This document shows, piece by piece, positions 1-13,129 of a stretch of DNA of 64,000 nt. The first letter of the stretch is position 1. The number at the start of each line of letters is the position of its first letter. The position numbers and the translations under genes are program-made. Source of the stretch: Gnetum montanum (Eukaryota; Plantae; Gnetophyta); assembly GCA_015680685.1 (NCBI GenBank), contig MNCI01000673.1, positions 434,253 through 498,252 of the forward strand, read 5' to 3'. The notes under the pieces were generated by a model. That model ran no database searches. It was not told the DNA's origin and worked only from the letters and a program-made list of their open reading frames with translations.

Positions 1-147
1 CATTCCCCATTTTTATGCAACCTCACATTTCTAACCTGTATAAATCTCTCCAATAGTGAGTTCTTTGGACCTATCCCAAAGAGATTGGTAGACTGAGGTG
101 ATTGCAATATTTAGATCTCTCCTCAAATGTCTTGTCAGGACCTATCT
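1..147 (+). pseudogene. LRR receptor-like kinase/protein fragment (plant extracellular LRR, resembles start of LRR-XII ectodomain), frameshifted and truncated
   Basis: Manual translation: SPFLCNLTFLTCINLSNSEFFGPIP/(frameshift)EIGRLR*LQYLDLSSNVLSGPI, i.e. two plant LRR units LxxLxLSxNxL/FxGxIP; internal TGA and a frameshift; ends abruptly against element A. Confidence 0.8.
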
Positions 148-2827
148 GTTCCATGAAATGGCCAAAATGTGCCAACAATAATGTTGGCTCGACCACGTGG
201 CCACCCCATTTGCATTGGTCACCAAGCTACGGGAAGCGAGGTTGATGCATTTATTCCTGGCCGTAACCCCTGTTGTCCTGGCAAGCAAAATGTTAACCTT
301 GGTTAGCTTCTTCAGTGAGGGAGCTGAATGTTTTTGCACACACATGCATCACATGTGTGTAAACTTTGATATCAATGCTCAGCTGTTTACTGACCTCTTC
401 GGCATCCCCTCTGATGGTCTTCCAATAGAGGAAAAATTGAGGAGAAGCATCAAATGTCAGGAAGAGCTGGAGGAGTGGTTGGGGACTAAGAAGGAAACCA
501 AAGGGATCCCTTGTGAAAAGATCGAATTAGAGGTTGCCAAGACTATTTATCCCCTCTTCCAAGCCTGAGCTTTCCCCAAAATGCTCTCGCAGGGGAAGTT
601 CTTTACTATAGAACAGGCCCGTATTATGCGAGAGGTGATGGAGGAAGGGACCCAATTTGACTGGGCAAGCTATTTTGCTAAGGGGTTATGCACTGAAATG
701 ATCAGGCTCCGCCAAAAGCTCGAGTCTCGTTTTAGTATGCACTTCACCTTCTTCATAGCTTGCCTCCGGCATTTTGCCAAATTTTTTGTTATCTAGAGGA
801 ATGGGGTCTGGGTGCTATAGGACCGAGACCAGTTATCCAAACCTTGGATTTCTCATCTCTTCAGAACTACCCAATCACAGGATCCTTCAGAGGGAATTGG
901 GGAGTCGCTGTCTATAACGACTAGGGATTTGGCGGCACCTCGAATGCGGTGCCCCGACAGCGTAGGTGGGGCGCTTCCCACTTACACTGGTGATGCATCA
1001 AGGGGGAAGCGCCTGGTGGTAGAGATAGTAGATGCCTCGGTTCAGCTTAAAAGGCCTCACCTAATTGAGTCGCCTGCGGAATCAGCAGGTGGCACAGACA
1101 GAACTGTGCAAGTTAGGGTTCAACGGAGTAAACCTCCGCCTGGTAAGCGTAAAGACATAGTGAAAGTTATGGTAATTATTGTATTACACAACTTTATTTA
1201 GGGTATTCTAAATCATTTAAATGTATTATGTGGCATAAACAAGGAGACCTATAGAGTGGTTGACCCCTGAAACAGGGGTAGTGGTATTATGGCGTGGGGA
1301 AGGGGCCCCAGTTTTGGAAGAGGAGGCCCCGGTTGTTAGAATAAGTGACGCATAGACCCTTATGTGTGAGGAGAGAGAGGAGGCAGAAAATGTTGACGCA
1401 ATCCCTACTGTAACAGGCAGAGGTAATCAATGTATTAGAATTTTTAAGGAATTCTGTTAATAACTAGAAATTTTAACTTAATTACGCTACAGATGAATGA
1501 GGTGCATCCCTGTCCGTCGTTGTAAGCAGAGTGTGGGGGGAATTCCTTGATAAGTTTACCTTCATGGAAGGTGTTGTTAGTGATATGATCGAGCGCCTCA
1601 AATGCCTCGATCTTGTGGCTAGTATGTTACCGCTATAATATGCTTATTTTATTATAAGATTATAATTTTTATTTACGTTTGATAATATTTGTTGTCAGGA
1701 GCTCACCTTCGATGGGACCCTATGGAGCCCATTGACCTAGACACAGTCAAGCCTGCATTAGACGGTGCGGTCATGCCATGCAACATTTACGAGGAAATGC
1801 ATAAATGTATGTCATGCTCGACCTGCTCTTTGTGGGAGAGTCAAAACGTCAATGAAGACCTTTGTAAGAAGCTGTAGAGGTTAGAGAAGGAAAGGATGTC
1901 TCTGACCAAAGAGGTCGGAGACTTAAGATCGCGATGTGAATTACTGCAAGCGCAAGGAACAGATGAAGAGGACTAGCGTACAACTGTTATTGATTACGCT
2001 TGCTACTAGACTATAGTCAGAAACAACGTGCAAACCAGTCGCGAATTGGTGGAGCAAAGGATGCAAATAGAGCTCTTGGCCCAGAAGAACCAGGACTGGA
2101 AGGACTTTTGCGCAAGTGTCCAAGAATGGGGGCAGAAAGAAAAGATCATAAGCATCTGTATAAGTGAGAAAGTATTGCTTATCGTCAGCACTATTGAGAT
2201 TTTGCTATTGAAGCTCAATCCTTGTGGGTGTTCCTCGATGTCATTGGTGCATCTAAGGCCTTCGAGAAGTTCCAAGAGTAGGTAACGATAAGCGTGTCCC
2301 CAGAAAGGGAAATTACTCTTCCCGGGGAAGATACTATAGTCCCTACTTTCTTCCCCAAACCACACCAATGGACTAGTGTGGAGAAAGGGAAGGTGAAGGC
2401 TAGAACTAATTTGGGGAACGAAGTTTGGTCTGAGTTAACCGAAGACGAAATTATGAAACGCCTGTGGGTTTGTTTAGACCAACTCCCCTTTGCTACGGAT
2501 GCAGGACCATCACGAGTAAGTTTGAATGTTATTGAATTTAAATTTTCTGATTTGTTTTATCATGGTTTTTGATTATGTATTTATTGTATATAGGTACAAG
2601 GAGTGGATGAAGAAGGTGGATAGGATGAGGAGCACATTTAGGGAGAAGAGCGTAATGATGCAGACCATCCTCTTGGGGAGCGAGTGTTAGTGCAAGAACC
2701 CCATGAAGATGGCATTCCTCATGAAGGAATACTCCCTAACAGGGACGGCCCACTCGAGGACGATTTGTTAGGCTTAGAGGCTGACTTAAAGGATATGGGC
2801 AATAGTGGTACTAGGGGGGATGTGTAA
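148..2827 (+). pseudogene. Antisense cargo gene of element A (3' exons, homologous to B exons 4-8)
   Basis: ORF pieces 197-568, 581-796, 929-1201, 1689-1877, 2028-2285 and 2294-2572 match B pieces (FDWASYFAKGL, RWDPMEPIDLD, TNLGNEVWSEL); GT-AG introns at 1143-~1254, 1423-1492, 1622-1698, 2516-2593; acidic last exon ends TAA 2825-2827. Confidence 0.85.
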
Positions 2828-3327
2828 TTGTGATTTACGCATGGCTTTATTTATGAAGTCGAACAATGGCAATATGAACCTTGGCCTGATTAATCATGAG
2901 ATTTTCTTTATAGTTTTTTTTGTGTTTAATTTTGTCTTTATTTATACAAAGTGTAAAAAGAATTGTTAAATATTTTGGACAGGTTGTGTTATTATGACTG
3001 TAGAATGTAGTCGCTATTTTAAGACCATTGCGGGCCATCACGTAGCATTTGCGTAAGATATAAACAAATTTGCTAGTTTTAGGCCATTGTGGGCCATTTG
3101 CGTACGTCTGGGAGTGTAATTGATAAAAATGTACATGTCTGCGTAATTTTGCTAATATGACTAATAGAAGTCAAGAAGAGTAAATGGTGTAAAATGGGGA
3201 ATGTAAATAGCGTAATGGATAAAAAGCGTAAATATGTATGTATATTAAAGAAAATTGACAATCAAATTTGATAAGCACAAGTGGAAAACTAGAAAAAGTA
3301 TAATGATGTGTTTAAATACCACTCAGA

Positions 3328-6300
3328 TCAATCACTAGCCTGCAATTGTTTCTTAATGGATTTTATGTTTAGTGGTGCGTAAGGGTGAGGAGGTTTATGG
3401 CTTGACTCTTCTACATCATCATATTCTTCCTAAAATGGTAGATCTACCTAGGCTAGGCTGTCATCATTCATTTCGACTTGTTCGGGAACTCAGACATGGG
3501 TTTGATTTTCGGGCATCTCGATCTCTGAACCGCATTCTTCCTCGATGTTATTGACAGTCCTAAGAGTTATTTCATTATTGTGTATTACTACCTCTCCCCC
3601 TGCGTAAGGTAGGTGTATCTCTTGGTGTATTGGTGATGAAACAGCCCTCAGTTGGGCTAGCCAGGACCTCCCTAGGATCAGGTTGAAACCAGGCATCTCC
3701 TCGACAACGATGAATGTGGCGTTTGTTGGGAATTGGTCTCCTACCACAAAATCGATATGCACCATCCCCTTGACTTGAACTCGTGTCCCATTGAACGAAT
3801 TTAGGCACGATTTCGTTGTAGGACTGATCTGGTAAACTAGGCCCAACTTATTCACTATAGGATAAGGGATGACATTCGTAGCTGCACCATCGTCAACGTG
3901 CACCCTCCGGATCTGATGTTGACCAACCCGGATGGTGATGAACATGGGTTCTATCGTCACTTGACCTTTCTTGGGATCATCTTTGATGGATTCATCATGA
4001 AAGGTCAAAGGGGTTGGTTTAGGTTGCTCAGCGACAAGAGGAAGCATGACAACATGTATCGCTTCCTCTTCCACTAGTAAGCTTTCATCCATAGGTATGG
4101 ATGTCAGCATATAGACCATAGCCTCATGATACTTTTGAGATGTCATAAGAAAATCATAGAGGCTCAAAATTGTGTTCTTCTATTTCAGAGCCTGCTTGAC
4201 TTAAGTAAATGCATCGAGGAGGTCCCATTCTTGGCTGGGTTGCTTATCTCCTCTGTCTTCTTCCATTCACCCTAAGAGACGGATTTCTCGAGGTGGAATA
4301 GCATCAGTCGGAGGGTTGTGTTTCTTCCTACTGAGGGGAGATGGCTGTATTTTTGTACCCTTGTCTTGCCCATAAGGTGTAGGTGCAGGGATAAAGGTGA
4401 CAGGCCTGGGCTTAGAGAAGCCTAGCGTAGAGTGGTTTTTGGTAGCATTAATTGATGCATCTTTTTTTTTTATTTGGTGGTGGTTGGTGATTTTGGTTAG
4501 AAGCTTGCCCCTATGTAAAAGGAGTGGCCAGTGGTTCTGGTACCCTAAGGATAAAAGGCACCTTAGGAGTGGGCGCGAGCATGGTTGTGGCTTTATCGTT
4601 AACGTGAGACCGAGTTATGGCTGGAGAGGGCACCCGAATAACAAAGGGTGGCCTTGAGATGCCGCTAACTGTTGGTGAAGAACTTGCCCCTTGGGACGAA
4701 CTGGTAGGCATGCATAAAACAAAGGGTTGTTTATGCGATACCTTCCCTTCACTATCTGTAATTATCATGTTGATGGTGTATGGTGCGTTATTTGCATTTA
4801 ACGGGTCTTTGTACACATGCAACGCATGGTTTTCGGGATGTGTTGGACTACTACTGTCTAGTTTTAGAGAACCATCGTTAATCATGCATTGAATATCATC
4901 CTTCAACACCCAGCAGTAATCAGTATCGTGACCACACAACTGATGCTAGTCACAAAAGTGGTCCAGCCTAAAAGACTTCGGAACTGGTGGTTCGTTAGGT
5001 AGGGCTAAAGAAGGATTCTTCAGCAATTCACAATGACACCTGTGACGATGCAAAGCTTCTTCGGAAACCTTTTTATTCTTAATGTATCCTGCCTCTAATA
5101 ATTGTTTCAATAGTTCTGAATGCTTTATAGGCAAGGCTGTGTATTTTGAGCGATCTATGCACTCAAAGTTTGGCTTTGACTGGGGGGGCTTTTCAAGGGC
5201 AGGTGTGTCTTGGCCGGTGCTACTTGCACTAGCCGTGATCTCGGCAGACACTGTGGGTGCCTTCTTGTTATTCTTGTTTTTAGCACCCTTAGCCAGTGTG
5301 GTTACTATCTTTGTTGTTGCTTTACCCTTGTCTTTACCCTTATTATTGGCATTTTTATAGGCCACATACGCAGGGTCTTTGCTAGCCTTAGCAGCATCTT
5401 GGATGCTCTTAGTTTGGGCGAAAGCTTGACTCAAGGAGCTAAGGGCAAGGTAATACAGTATAGAATTGATGAAGTTGTTATTGCTCCTTTGAAAATAGCT
5501 AGCAGATGGGCTTCCGGGATAGGCTCACGGATTTCATTCAAAGTAGCGCTCCATCACTGTATAAACTTCTGGACTAGTTCAAGTGGGTCCTGCTTCACTC
5601 CCATAAGTTGGTCTAGCATGACTTCTGGCTTTAAATTGTACTTAAAGTGAGTCACAAATTATGTTAGGAGTTCTTCCAAGGTTGAGATGGAAGAGCGAGG
5701 GAGTGCTCGATACTAGTCCAAAGCTTTTCCTGCTAGAGACATTGCAAAGACACGGATAATTGTATGAGGCCATTGCTACAATAATAAGGATTCAAACCTG
5801 AAGGTAATAAGGTGAGCATTAGGATTTCCTTCCCCATTATATTTAGTAAAATGGGGCAATGACATCTCTGGAGGCAATGACAACATAGGAGCCACTAGGC
5901 TGATAGGATCATCCTGGTAGAAATCCATGACTTGTATATCAGAGCCAGTAACTTTAAGGTGCCTAACCTCCTTGGTGAGGGTCTGAATAAGTGAAAAAGC
6001 TTGATCTAGACTTGGTGATGAAGAAGTCTGCATAGGAGGAGTAGGGGGTTGGACTGAAAGAGCAGTGCCAAGTAAGGGGAGTGGAGCGATGGCCTGGCTG
6101 ATAGATGGCACAACAGGGACTATCCCCATGGATAGAGCTGCTTGTGAAAGCCACCACTCATAGGGTTGAGCAGAGAAATTGGCTATCGGCAGGTGTATAG
6201 GATGGAGATTGTAAGGATATTGTGTGTTTATCTACGGGACATGCGTGGTGGATGCGGCTAAGGGTTGCACACCATATAACTCAGATTGATCATGTTGTGC

Positions 6301-7128
6301 AACATGCATGATTCACTGACCAGCCGTGGGTTGTTGAACGAATCGCTGCAATTGAACGGTGGTTGCAATCTGTTGCCTTGCAATGGGTTGCATCAGATTT
6401 TGCACTGGGCGGGTTATAGGTGTGGTATGAGGTTGCACGTGGGGAATGAAATGAGGTGCGGTAGACGCAAGTACCACTGACAGAATACTGATTACACGTG
6501 GCGATGAGACTACCCCCATGTTATTTTGAGATGGTATTTGTACTTGCAAGACTGAGGATTACATAGTGGCCTGCGGGATGACAAGAATATGGGTTTGGGT
6601 AGTCATGATTGAGTTGAGATGGGAGGCTTCTCCGGTGAGAGGAAATAGGGGATTTATGTATGTATGGAGATTGAGGGTATGGTATGAATCCACGTGTTCA
6701 GATTGGGCTATGAATTCATCTTTCTCTTCTTCCCCTTGAGGTTCTAGAATGGACCGTGTAGTCTAACTCCTAGCCATAACTAGTTGGGTCAGGAGTTCAT
6801 GATAATGTTCGGTCAGGGGGATAATGTCATACGCGGTAGGGGTGAAATCTTGACCCCCTCTGTGGATCAACTCATAATTTCGTTTCGCCTTAATCTCAGC
6901 TCGGCTAAGGGAAATTTTTGCCTAGATCTTAATGCAAATAAAATTGTACTCTTCAGGAGTCATGATGGTGTGCAAAGGATCCTTCCCCTATAATATCAAC
7001 GAATAGCGCAATGGTCCCTAAGGTCCTATTGCGTTGGAAGCTAGTCCAGGAATGGCGATGGGGTTTACGGATGTGGCACCCGAGTCGGTGGTGATCATAG
7101 TGGCAGTGGTTGCATAAGCAGAATCCAT
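3328..7128 (-). pseudogene. gag: gag-protease of element A (multiple stops)
   Basis: LPHFTKYNGEGNPNAHL gag motif; Cys/His box FCD.HQLCGHDTDYC; protease RVHVDDGAATNVI and FNLILGRSWL; ends ...IKKQLQASD-TGA. Confidence 0.9.
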
Positions 7129-7342
7129 TTCTCAGATATGTTAATAAAAACAAACAACAGGATCTAAAAGGCAACGACCAAATAGAATTATGATTGGGCT
7201 TTTTACCCTGTAGGATTCCAAAGGAATCGTTGCTGTGACCAATCTACACCACATGATTTTTTGTAAACTTCCCTAGAGGTATTACGTTTTCGTTTTTATG
7301 GACGTGGGTATGGATCGCTTACAGGGCTACCCGTAAAATATG

Positions 7343-7374
7343 GATTGGAGGTTTAAGCCCTCCTTCTAGCACCA
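7343..7374 (-). promoter_or_regulatory. Primer binding site of A (tRNA-Asn type, extended)
   Basis: Minus strand TGGTGCTAGAAGGAGGGC..., 6 nt from the LTR end; complementary to the plant tRNA-Asn(GUU) 3' end as recalled (CCCTCCTTCTAGCGCCA). Confidence 0.8.
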
Positions 7375-7380
7375 GAAAAC

Positions 7381-8977
7381 TGTAACAATAGAAAAGGTCG
7401 GTCACTGGAAAATACCGAACGAAGATCCGTGTACATAGTCTTAACCATGGATCCGTGCAAGGGCCGTGTTGGAGAAAACGAATCCGCAGTGCCCTGAATG
7501 GTCTTGTCGATTAGACAGGGACTTAATCAATCAGTAAATTGACAAAAATCGCGATAATATGTGTATTATATAGATATTCCATGAGAAAAATTGATTTGAT
7601 GAATTGTAGAAGGAGTAGAAAATGATGTAAATAAATCGAAATAATGACAACGTCAACGCAACAAGGAGGATCAGATTTAGAAAAGTGCATAATTCCAAGA
7701 TCTATGTTTTGATTCGAAGACTAAGTATATTGTAAAAAAAGTTTCAATAGCAAACTCCACTTATCCTGTGTGAAGCATACATAAAGCAACAAGAAAAATG
7801 TTCAACAAGGAGTACAGAATGAAGCTCAGTTTACCTCGTAAGCCAAAGATGGGATGCAAGGAAGGTCAAGCCTGGGTGTCTATCGATCAACTGTTTCTGA
7901 TCAATAAACCTTGCCAACCACACCAGATGATCTCTCGATCTCTGATCTACTCCTTTTGCCTCCGGTAGTCTCTGCTTCAAAGCTACCAATGATCACCAAT
8001 GGAGAGAACTTTATTTTTACCAAAAGACTAATTGCTCTTACTGCCAATGCTCAAGATGTCTTTTGTCTCTGCTAAAAGATGATGTTGCCCAAAAAGATGA
8101 TCAAGATCTCCTCCTCTCTTCGCCAACTGTGGTATTTATAAGTTCGACAACATGTGGAGAAGACACGGTCCCAATGACATGTGTCTCGAACTTTCAGAAT
8201 GTTGTTGACTTGGCAAACTTTATGTTGAAACTGGTCATGTCGCATCACATTTTTGGGAAAGGGGGTAAAGTACATTGTCAATCACTCCTGCTGAGGCTGC
8301 CTCATGATTACACTACGATACGCTGATGAGCGTATTGTGCGTATGGATAGTAGGTGCGTGTCAGGTACTGCCTTAGTTGACTTTAGGCTGTATTACACTT
8401 GTTTACATTGCGTAGCATGGCAGAGTGTAATAGAGCATAGAAATAGTTAACTCAAGCTATTTTACGCTCATTTACGCTGCAAAGCGTAATAGAGTGTCAA
8501 ACATGGTCAACTTTACAATAGGTTACGCTTGTTTACACTGTGTAGCATAACAAGCATAAAGCGACCAATATGCAAAAAGGAAGAAATCAATTTGCCATGC
8601 TTCTTTAGACTTTGAATTTGACTTCCTGGAAGCTCATTACACTACTCTGCGTAACGGAGCGTAAAATCAGCCCTAAACAAAAGACTTAGCGGAATATGCG
8701 ACAAGTCTTAGGCCTTAAACTTCATCAAAATCACCGAAGTAAGTTAGTTTCTGATATCGGGCTATGTTAAACAGAGTTATGCTGAGCGACACTATGCTAT
8801 GTTGCGTAATGTAGCATAAAGAGAGAAAAAAAAGTAAGGTTGAAATTTGTAAGAAACTTGGAGACTTGATGTTGCATGCCTCTTTGCCTTGTTCTATCTT
8901 CTGGATTTCTATCGCAAACTTTCACCCGAATCGTGAATCTTCGCCTTAGGCCGATTCGCAATTTCCACGGTGTTTCA
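7381..8977 (-). repeat. 5' LTR of element A (~1.6 kb)
   Basis: TG...CA termini; first ~170 bp and last ~20 bp homologous to B LTRs, interior diverged; adjacent to PBS. Confidence 0.85.
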
Positions 8978-9499
8978 GGGGTTTTGGTTTTATAGGTTCT
9001 TGGCCATGAAAATGACTACAATTCAGCTATAATGTGGCTACAAATTGGCAACAATTTTGCAACAAATTTCTACCACATATAAGTAAGATGGATGTCTAAA
9101 TTTAGGGGTTACCATATATAGTAAGTTCTAAACTTGCATAGCCATTCCATATACTATAAATAATAATAGGGGTGCAACATCTATGTTGGAGATAAATATT
9201 CTATTATGGGCCTTCAACTTTCCCTATTGGAATGCATAGTTAACAGTGAAGTGCATGGAGTGTTAGAATCTAGTTTTGTGGCTTGTACATTGAGGGAAGG
9301 ATGCATCAACACTAGGAAGATGGGACTTCAATGTTGGGAAGGAAGGTCAAATCATCGTCCACACTAGATGTTGTGAATTCCCCACCCTTCCACACTAAGA
9401 TCTACCCCTTTACACTAAGAGTAGGTAACCCACATCCCTCTATAGTAAGGGTAGGTGAGATCTATCCCTTGCTAGTGTTTCCAAAGTAGAAAAGTATAT

Positions 9500-9531
<32 letters not shown>

Positions 9532-9800
9532 NCATTAAACCCATCAAATTGCAATTTTTGGAATTCCAAAAGGCATTTTTGACCCCTCCTAAGCCAAAAT
9601 ATAGATACTATGTGACATTGTTCACTTGGAGAGTGAGGCTTTGACCACTTATGAGGCATTTTGTAGCCCCAAAAGTATGAAATATGTGAGATTGTCCTTC
9701 ATGGGTTATAATCTTCACATTTACAATGAATTTTAGCCTTTGGTTTCATGGGATGTGATTAAAAAGGTTATAATATGAAATTTTAGTGGTGCTTCACTTA
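8978..9800 (-). repeat. Remnant homologous (inverted) to 62170-62990, probably LTR sequence of the F-type element
   Basis: For example 9648-9730 CACTTATGAGGCATT...AATCTTCACATTTACAATGAA matches the reverse complement of 62251-62336. Confidence 0.7.
9501..9533. repeat. poly-C tract containing an N (assembly-uncertain)
   Basis: 31 consecutive C followed by N. Confidence 0.95.
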
Positions 9801-9809
9801 TCAACCACC

Positions 9810-11178
9810 ACCTCCACCGTTGTCTTGTAGCCTTTACACTACATCACCAAGATGGTTGTCCCCTCACTTTCTTCTAACATTACTAAGAAGTCCATGAAAT
9901 TTCCTAAAATCATAGGAAACATTTATCTAGTGATGGATACTATGACTTATTGGGCACTTGGATTGGATCATGTGAACATCTAGTTTCTTTGAATGGAGAA
10001 TAATAGGGCAATGTCATTGTGCAACAAACTAATGATTCTTGTGATCTTGTTTAAGTGATTCATGGCTTGATCTTAGAGAGATAGTTCTTTGCCACCACTA
10101 AAAATTTTCTACTACTATAGGTATGACTCCCTAAGATTCTTTAGTTGTTTAGAAGTTGAAAGTACCTTTAGCATAGTCTTTGGAGATGTGGGTGGTAGTG
10201 GAAGTGGCTAATTCTCTTCTTACAACTTAGCTACTACCTTATCTTTCATCATTTCTTACTATGATGTGGTAGGAGAATGAAGGACCATATAATTTTCATA
10301 GATATCATGCCTTCCCATTTATACAATTTGCAAATGAGGCATGAAAATGAAAGCATCTTTCTTCCTTTTTCATTTTCCTTGTAATGTATCTCTATTTCTA
10401 GGAAAATGAGCTAAGAAAGGTTGAATGAAAACTCTCCACTTAGAGTTGCGCATGCTTGAGAAGAGAAAGTAATGAATTTATTAGACCTTACCATTAAGTT
10501 TATGTGATGAGATATAATTTAGAAGTATGCTCTCTCTACCTTGGTGAGAAGACCATACTCTTTGTAGTCTATGATATAGCATTATTGCATCCATTCTTTC
10601 TTTTACTCTAGGTCTATGTGTATCAAAATATTAGACAATTTTGCTCTTATGTCTAGTAACCTAAGGGCCTCTACAAATGGCCTCAATCATGTAGGAGATG
10701 ATGATATCTTTAATCTTTATTGACATATCTTCTCAACTATTATTTAAAAATTCTTTGGTCTCCCTGATATACCATTCTCTATTGTTGGAAAAAATGGATT
10801 ACATGGAAGACCCCTACAATGGTGTATCAACCTCATTGTGCACTAGCTCTAGGAAGAATCCAAGTTGAACTCTTGAAGAATGAAACTCTAGACCTCCTTA
10901 GTCCTAATATTTTCTATTCAAGCCTCTATGAGAGTGAATTCTAACATAGACCTCAACTTAGGAACCTCATCTTGCCTAGATTGGCTTGTTTTAATCATGG
11001 TAATCTAGTAAAAAGGTTCAACTTTGGACTTCTCTCGAAGGAATTTAGTGGCATGGGTTGCTGTAGGTGCTTTTTCTTGGGGCTATTTAGGTTTCTCCTA
11101 TTAGTTCCTTCATCCTCTTGATCACTTCTTCTTGAACTATGAAGGCCCTTCTACTTGTATTCCTCACTTTAGTACCAT
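9810..11178 (-). pseudogene. Athila ORF2 (env-like position, plant transposon protein) of E
   Basis: Starts MVLK*GIQVEGPS*FKKK, similar to the D ORF2 start; motif RKMLSFSCLICKLY (~10320-10365) corresponds to LPFPCLI.KL. Confidence 0.6.
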
Positions 11179-13129
11179 ATTTAATCATAAATGTCAACAA
11201 GGACTAGCTTTTTATTTCATAACCTTGAGTTATTTTGATACCTTTCTTATTAGATCAAGTTATGTTTAGGCTTGCTTGTTATCTTAGCTAGTTGTATTAT
11301 TTTAATATTATTTTATAGGTTAGATATCTTAGTTTCTTTGTTAGATTAAACCATTTTAGGATAAGTAATTTCATATTATTTTAATGGATTAACCTTGAGA
11401 TGTTAGGAAAATTTTAAAAGACTTTCTTTAAGAAACCAAAGGTTTATGTCCCCAATAATATAGAGCTTATCTTTGGTACAAGGATAGAAACATGGGTGAA
11501 AATGGATTAATGGATTGAGAGTTAGGATACTTGGAAGGTTCTTGGGATTCAAAAAATTGCAAACAATTCTCTTACTTTATGTGAAAATGATGAAAACCTA
11601 TCTAAGTATCATGCATATTTATACTTATTTTACACTACATTAATGGGGATGCATCGACGGCTCTTCATCGTATAAGACCTTTGCATCAATGAGGATCCAC
11701 CAATATAACTATCCTTATTGATACTTTTCATATGGAAAGTACAAGAAAGTAACCAAGGTTTGGGGATAAAAGTTCCTAAAGAAAGATAGAAAGATGGACA
11801 ATGATGACAACAACTTAGAAGAGGATGATGTTAGTTTAGAAAAAGAGGTTTGAGTAAAAATAGATGAATATGAAATGCAAAAATAGAGGGAAAATATATG
11901 TAGAAATGTGGGATGGTAGGGTTGATTTTAAAACTTTCCAAGGGTTAGGAATTTTAACATAAGGGAGACCACAAAAAATGTAAGTGGGCCCTTTCTAAAG
12001 CAAGCTTTATGTCCTTCATGCCATGTAGACCCTCATCCTAAAACTTACATAAGGACCAAGGAGGATTAATGATCATTTCAAGTTAAAACTCATATCTAGT
12101 GAAGTAATTATCTTAGGATTTTGGGATCAACATAATAAGTGTATTAATTAGCCATGATATGATGGGGTGTTATGTTATGAACTGAGAAAAATGGTAGAGA
12201 GAGAATGGTAAGAGATGTATATCTAGGTCACATGAAGTTATTATAAAGTATGTGATTAAGATGATCTGATACTATCTCATCCTTAGTCTAGACAATGTCC
12301 ACCCACTTTCAGTAACTTTGCATTGCCATATCCTATTTCTTCAAACATCAATAATTCATGAGAATTCCCAAAGTATATCACTACTCCAAGAGAAGAAGAA
12401 AAAGGAAGAAGGAAGATAGAGAAGACCTTAGTTAGATGGGTATATAAAGGCATGGGTAACATGTTCTTCCAACCTCATAAGTAATGCTTGTAGTTCATTA
12501 ATATTCCTAAGGGTTATGCTTTGTGTTATTTTTTTCATGGGAATCACACCATGCAAGGACATGCTTCCTCTAATGTTAAACATTAAGAGTGGTGATATAC
12601 CATTAAAAAATAATCATAAAACTTAAGAAAGAATTTAGGAAGAGAATATGACCAATTTGCTTAAGGTCACATCCTTTTCCATATCTTCTTAGTTTATTAT
12701 GATTTTATTAGATAGAAAAATCATTAGTTACACTTATTTGCAATGTGGAAGGACCTCATGCTTCAAAAATGTAGAACCTTTATGGAATAGAGAGAATAGA
12801 TGGATGCCATGGTCACACTACCACCTACCATGAGAAAATTGATAATTTGTTAATAGAGGTCATAATCCAAGAAGAAACAATTAAATTGGCTATTTATCAA
12901 ATCAATCATAATATTATTAACTACATTAAATAGCTTCTAGTATCAATAGTAATAATAGAAAAATCAAATATTTTCTATATAACATGATAAAAGGAGAATG
13001 GAAGAAAAATAGAAAATATATAAAATAAGTAGAAAAATAATCAAGAAAATAAAAATATATTAAGAAAAATGTAAAATAAAAATGTGAAAAATTGGATTAG
13101 TCATCACAAGTTATCAATATGGATGGCCA

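Larger units (their letters stand above)
148..8977 (-). mobile_element. Element A: Tat/Ogre-like Ty3/gypsy LTR retrotransposon, 3'-truncated (5' LTR, PBS, gag-PR and part of antisense cargo gene; no pol)
   Basis: Colinear with element B from LTR through gag-PR to cargo gene; LTR termini TGTAAC...CACGGTGTTTCA shared with B. Confidence 0.9.

Noticed and set aside
4397-5650. Several plus-strand ORFs overlapping gag of A (and similar shadow ORFs over other gag/pol regions)
   Set aside because: Antisense shadows of decayed gag-pol frames; no recognisable motifs and not conserved as ORFs between copies.
7343-7374. Possible tRNA gene
   Set aside because: Only the T-arm, 3' acceptor strand and CCA are present, next to an LTR; this is a PBS.
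9462-9659. Poly-Gly ORF
   Set aside because: Artefact of the poly-C tract containing an N.
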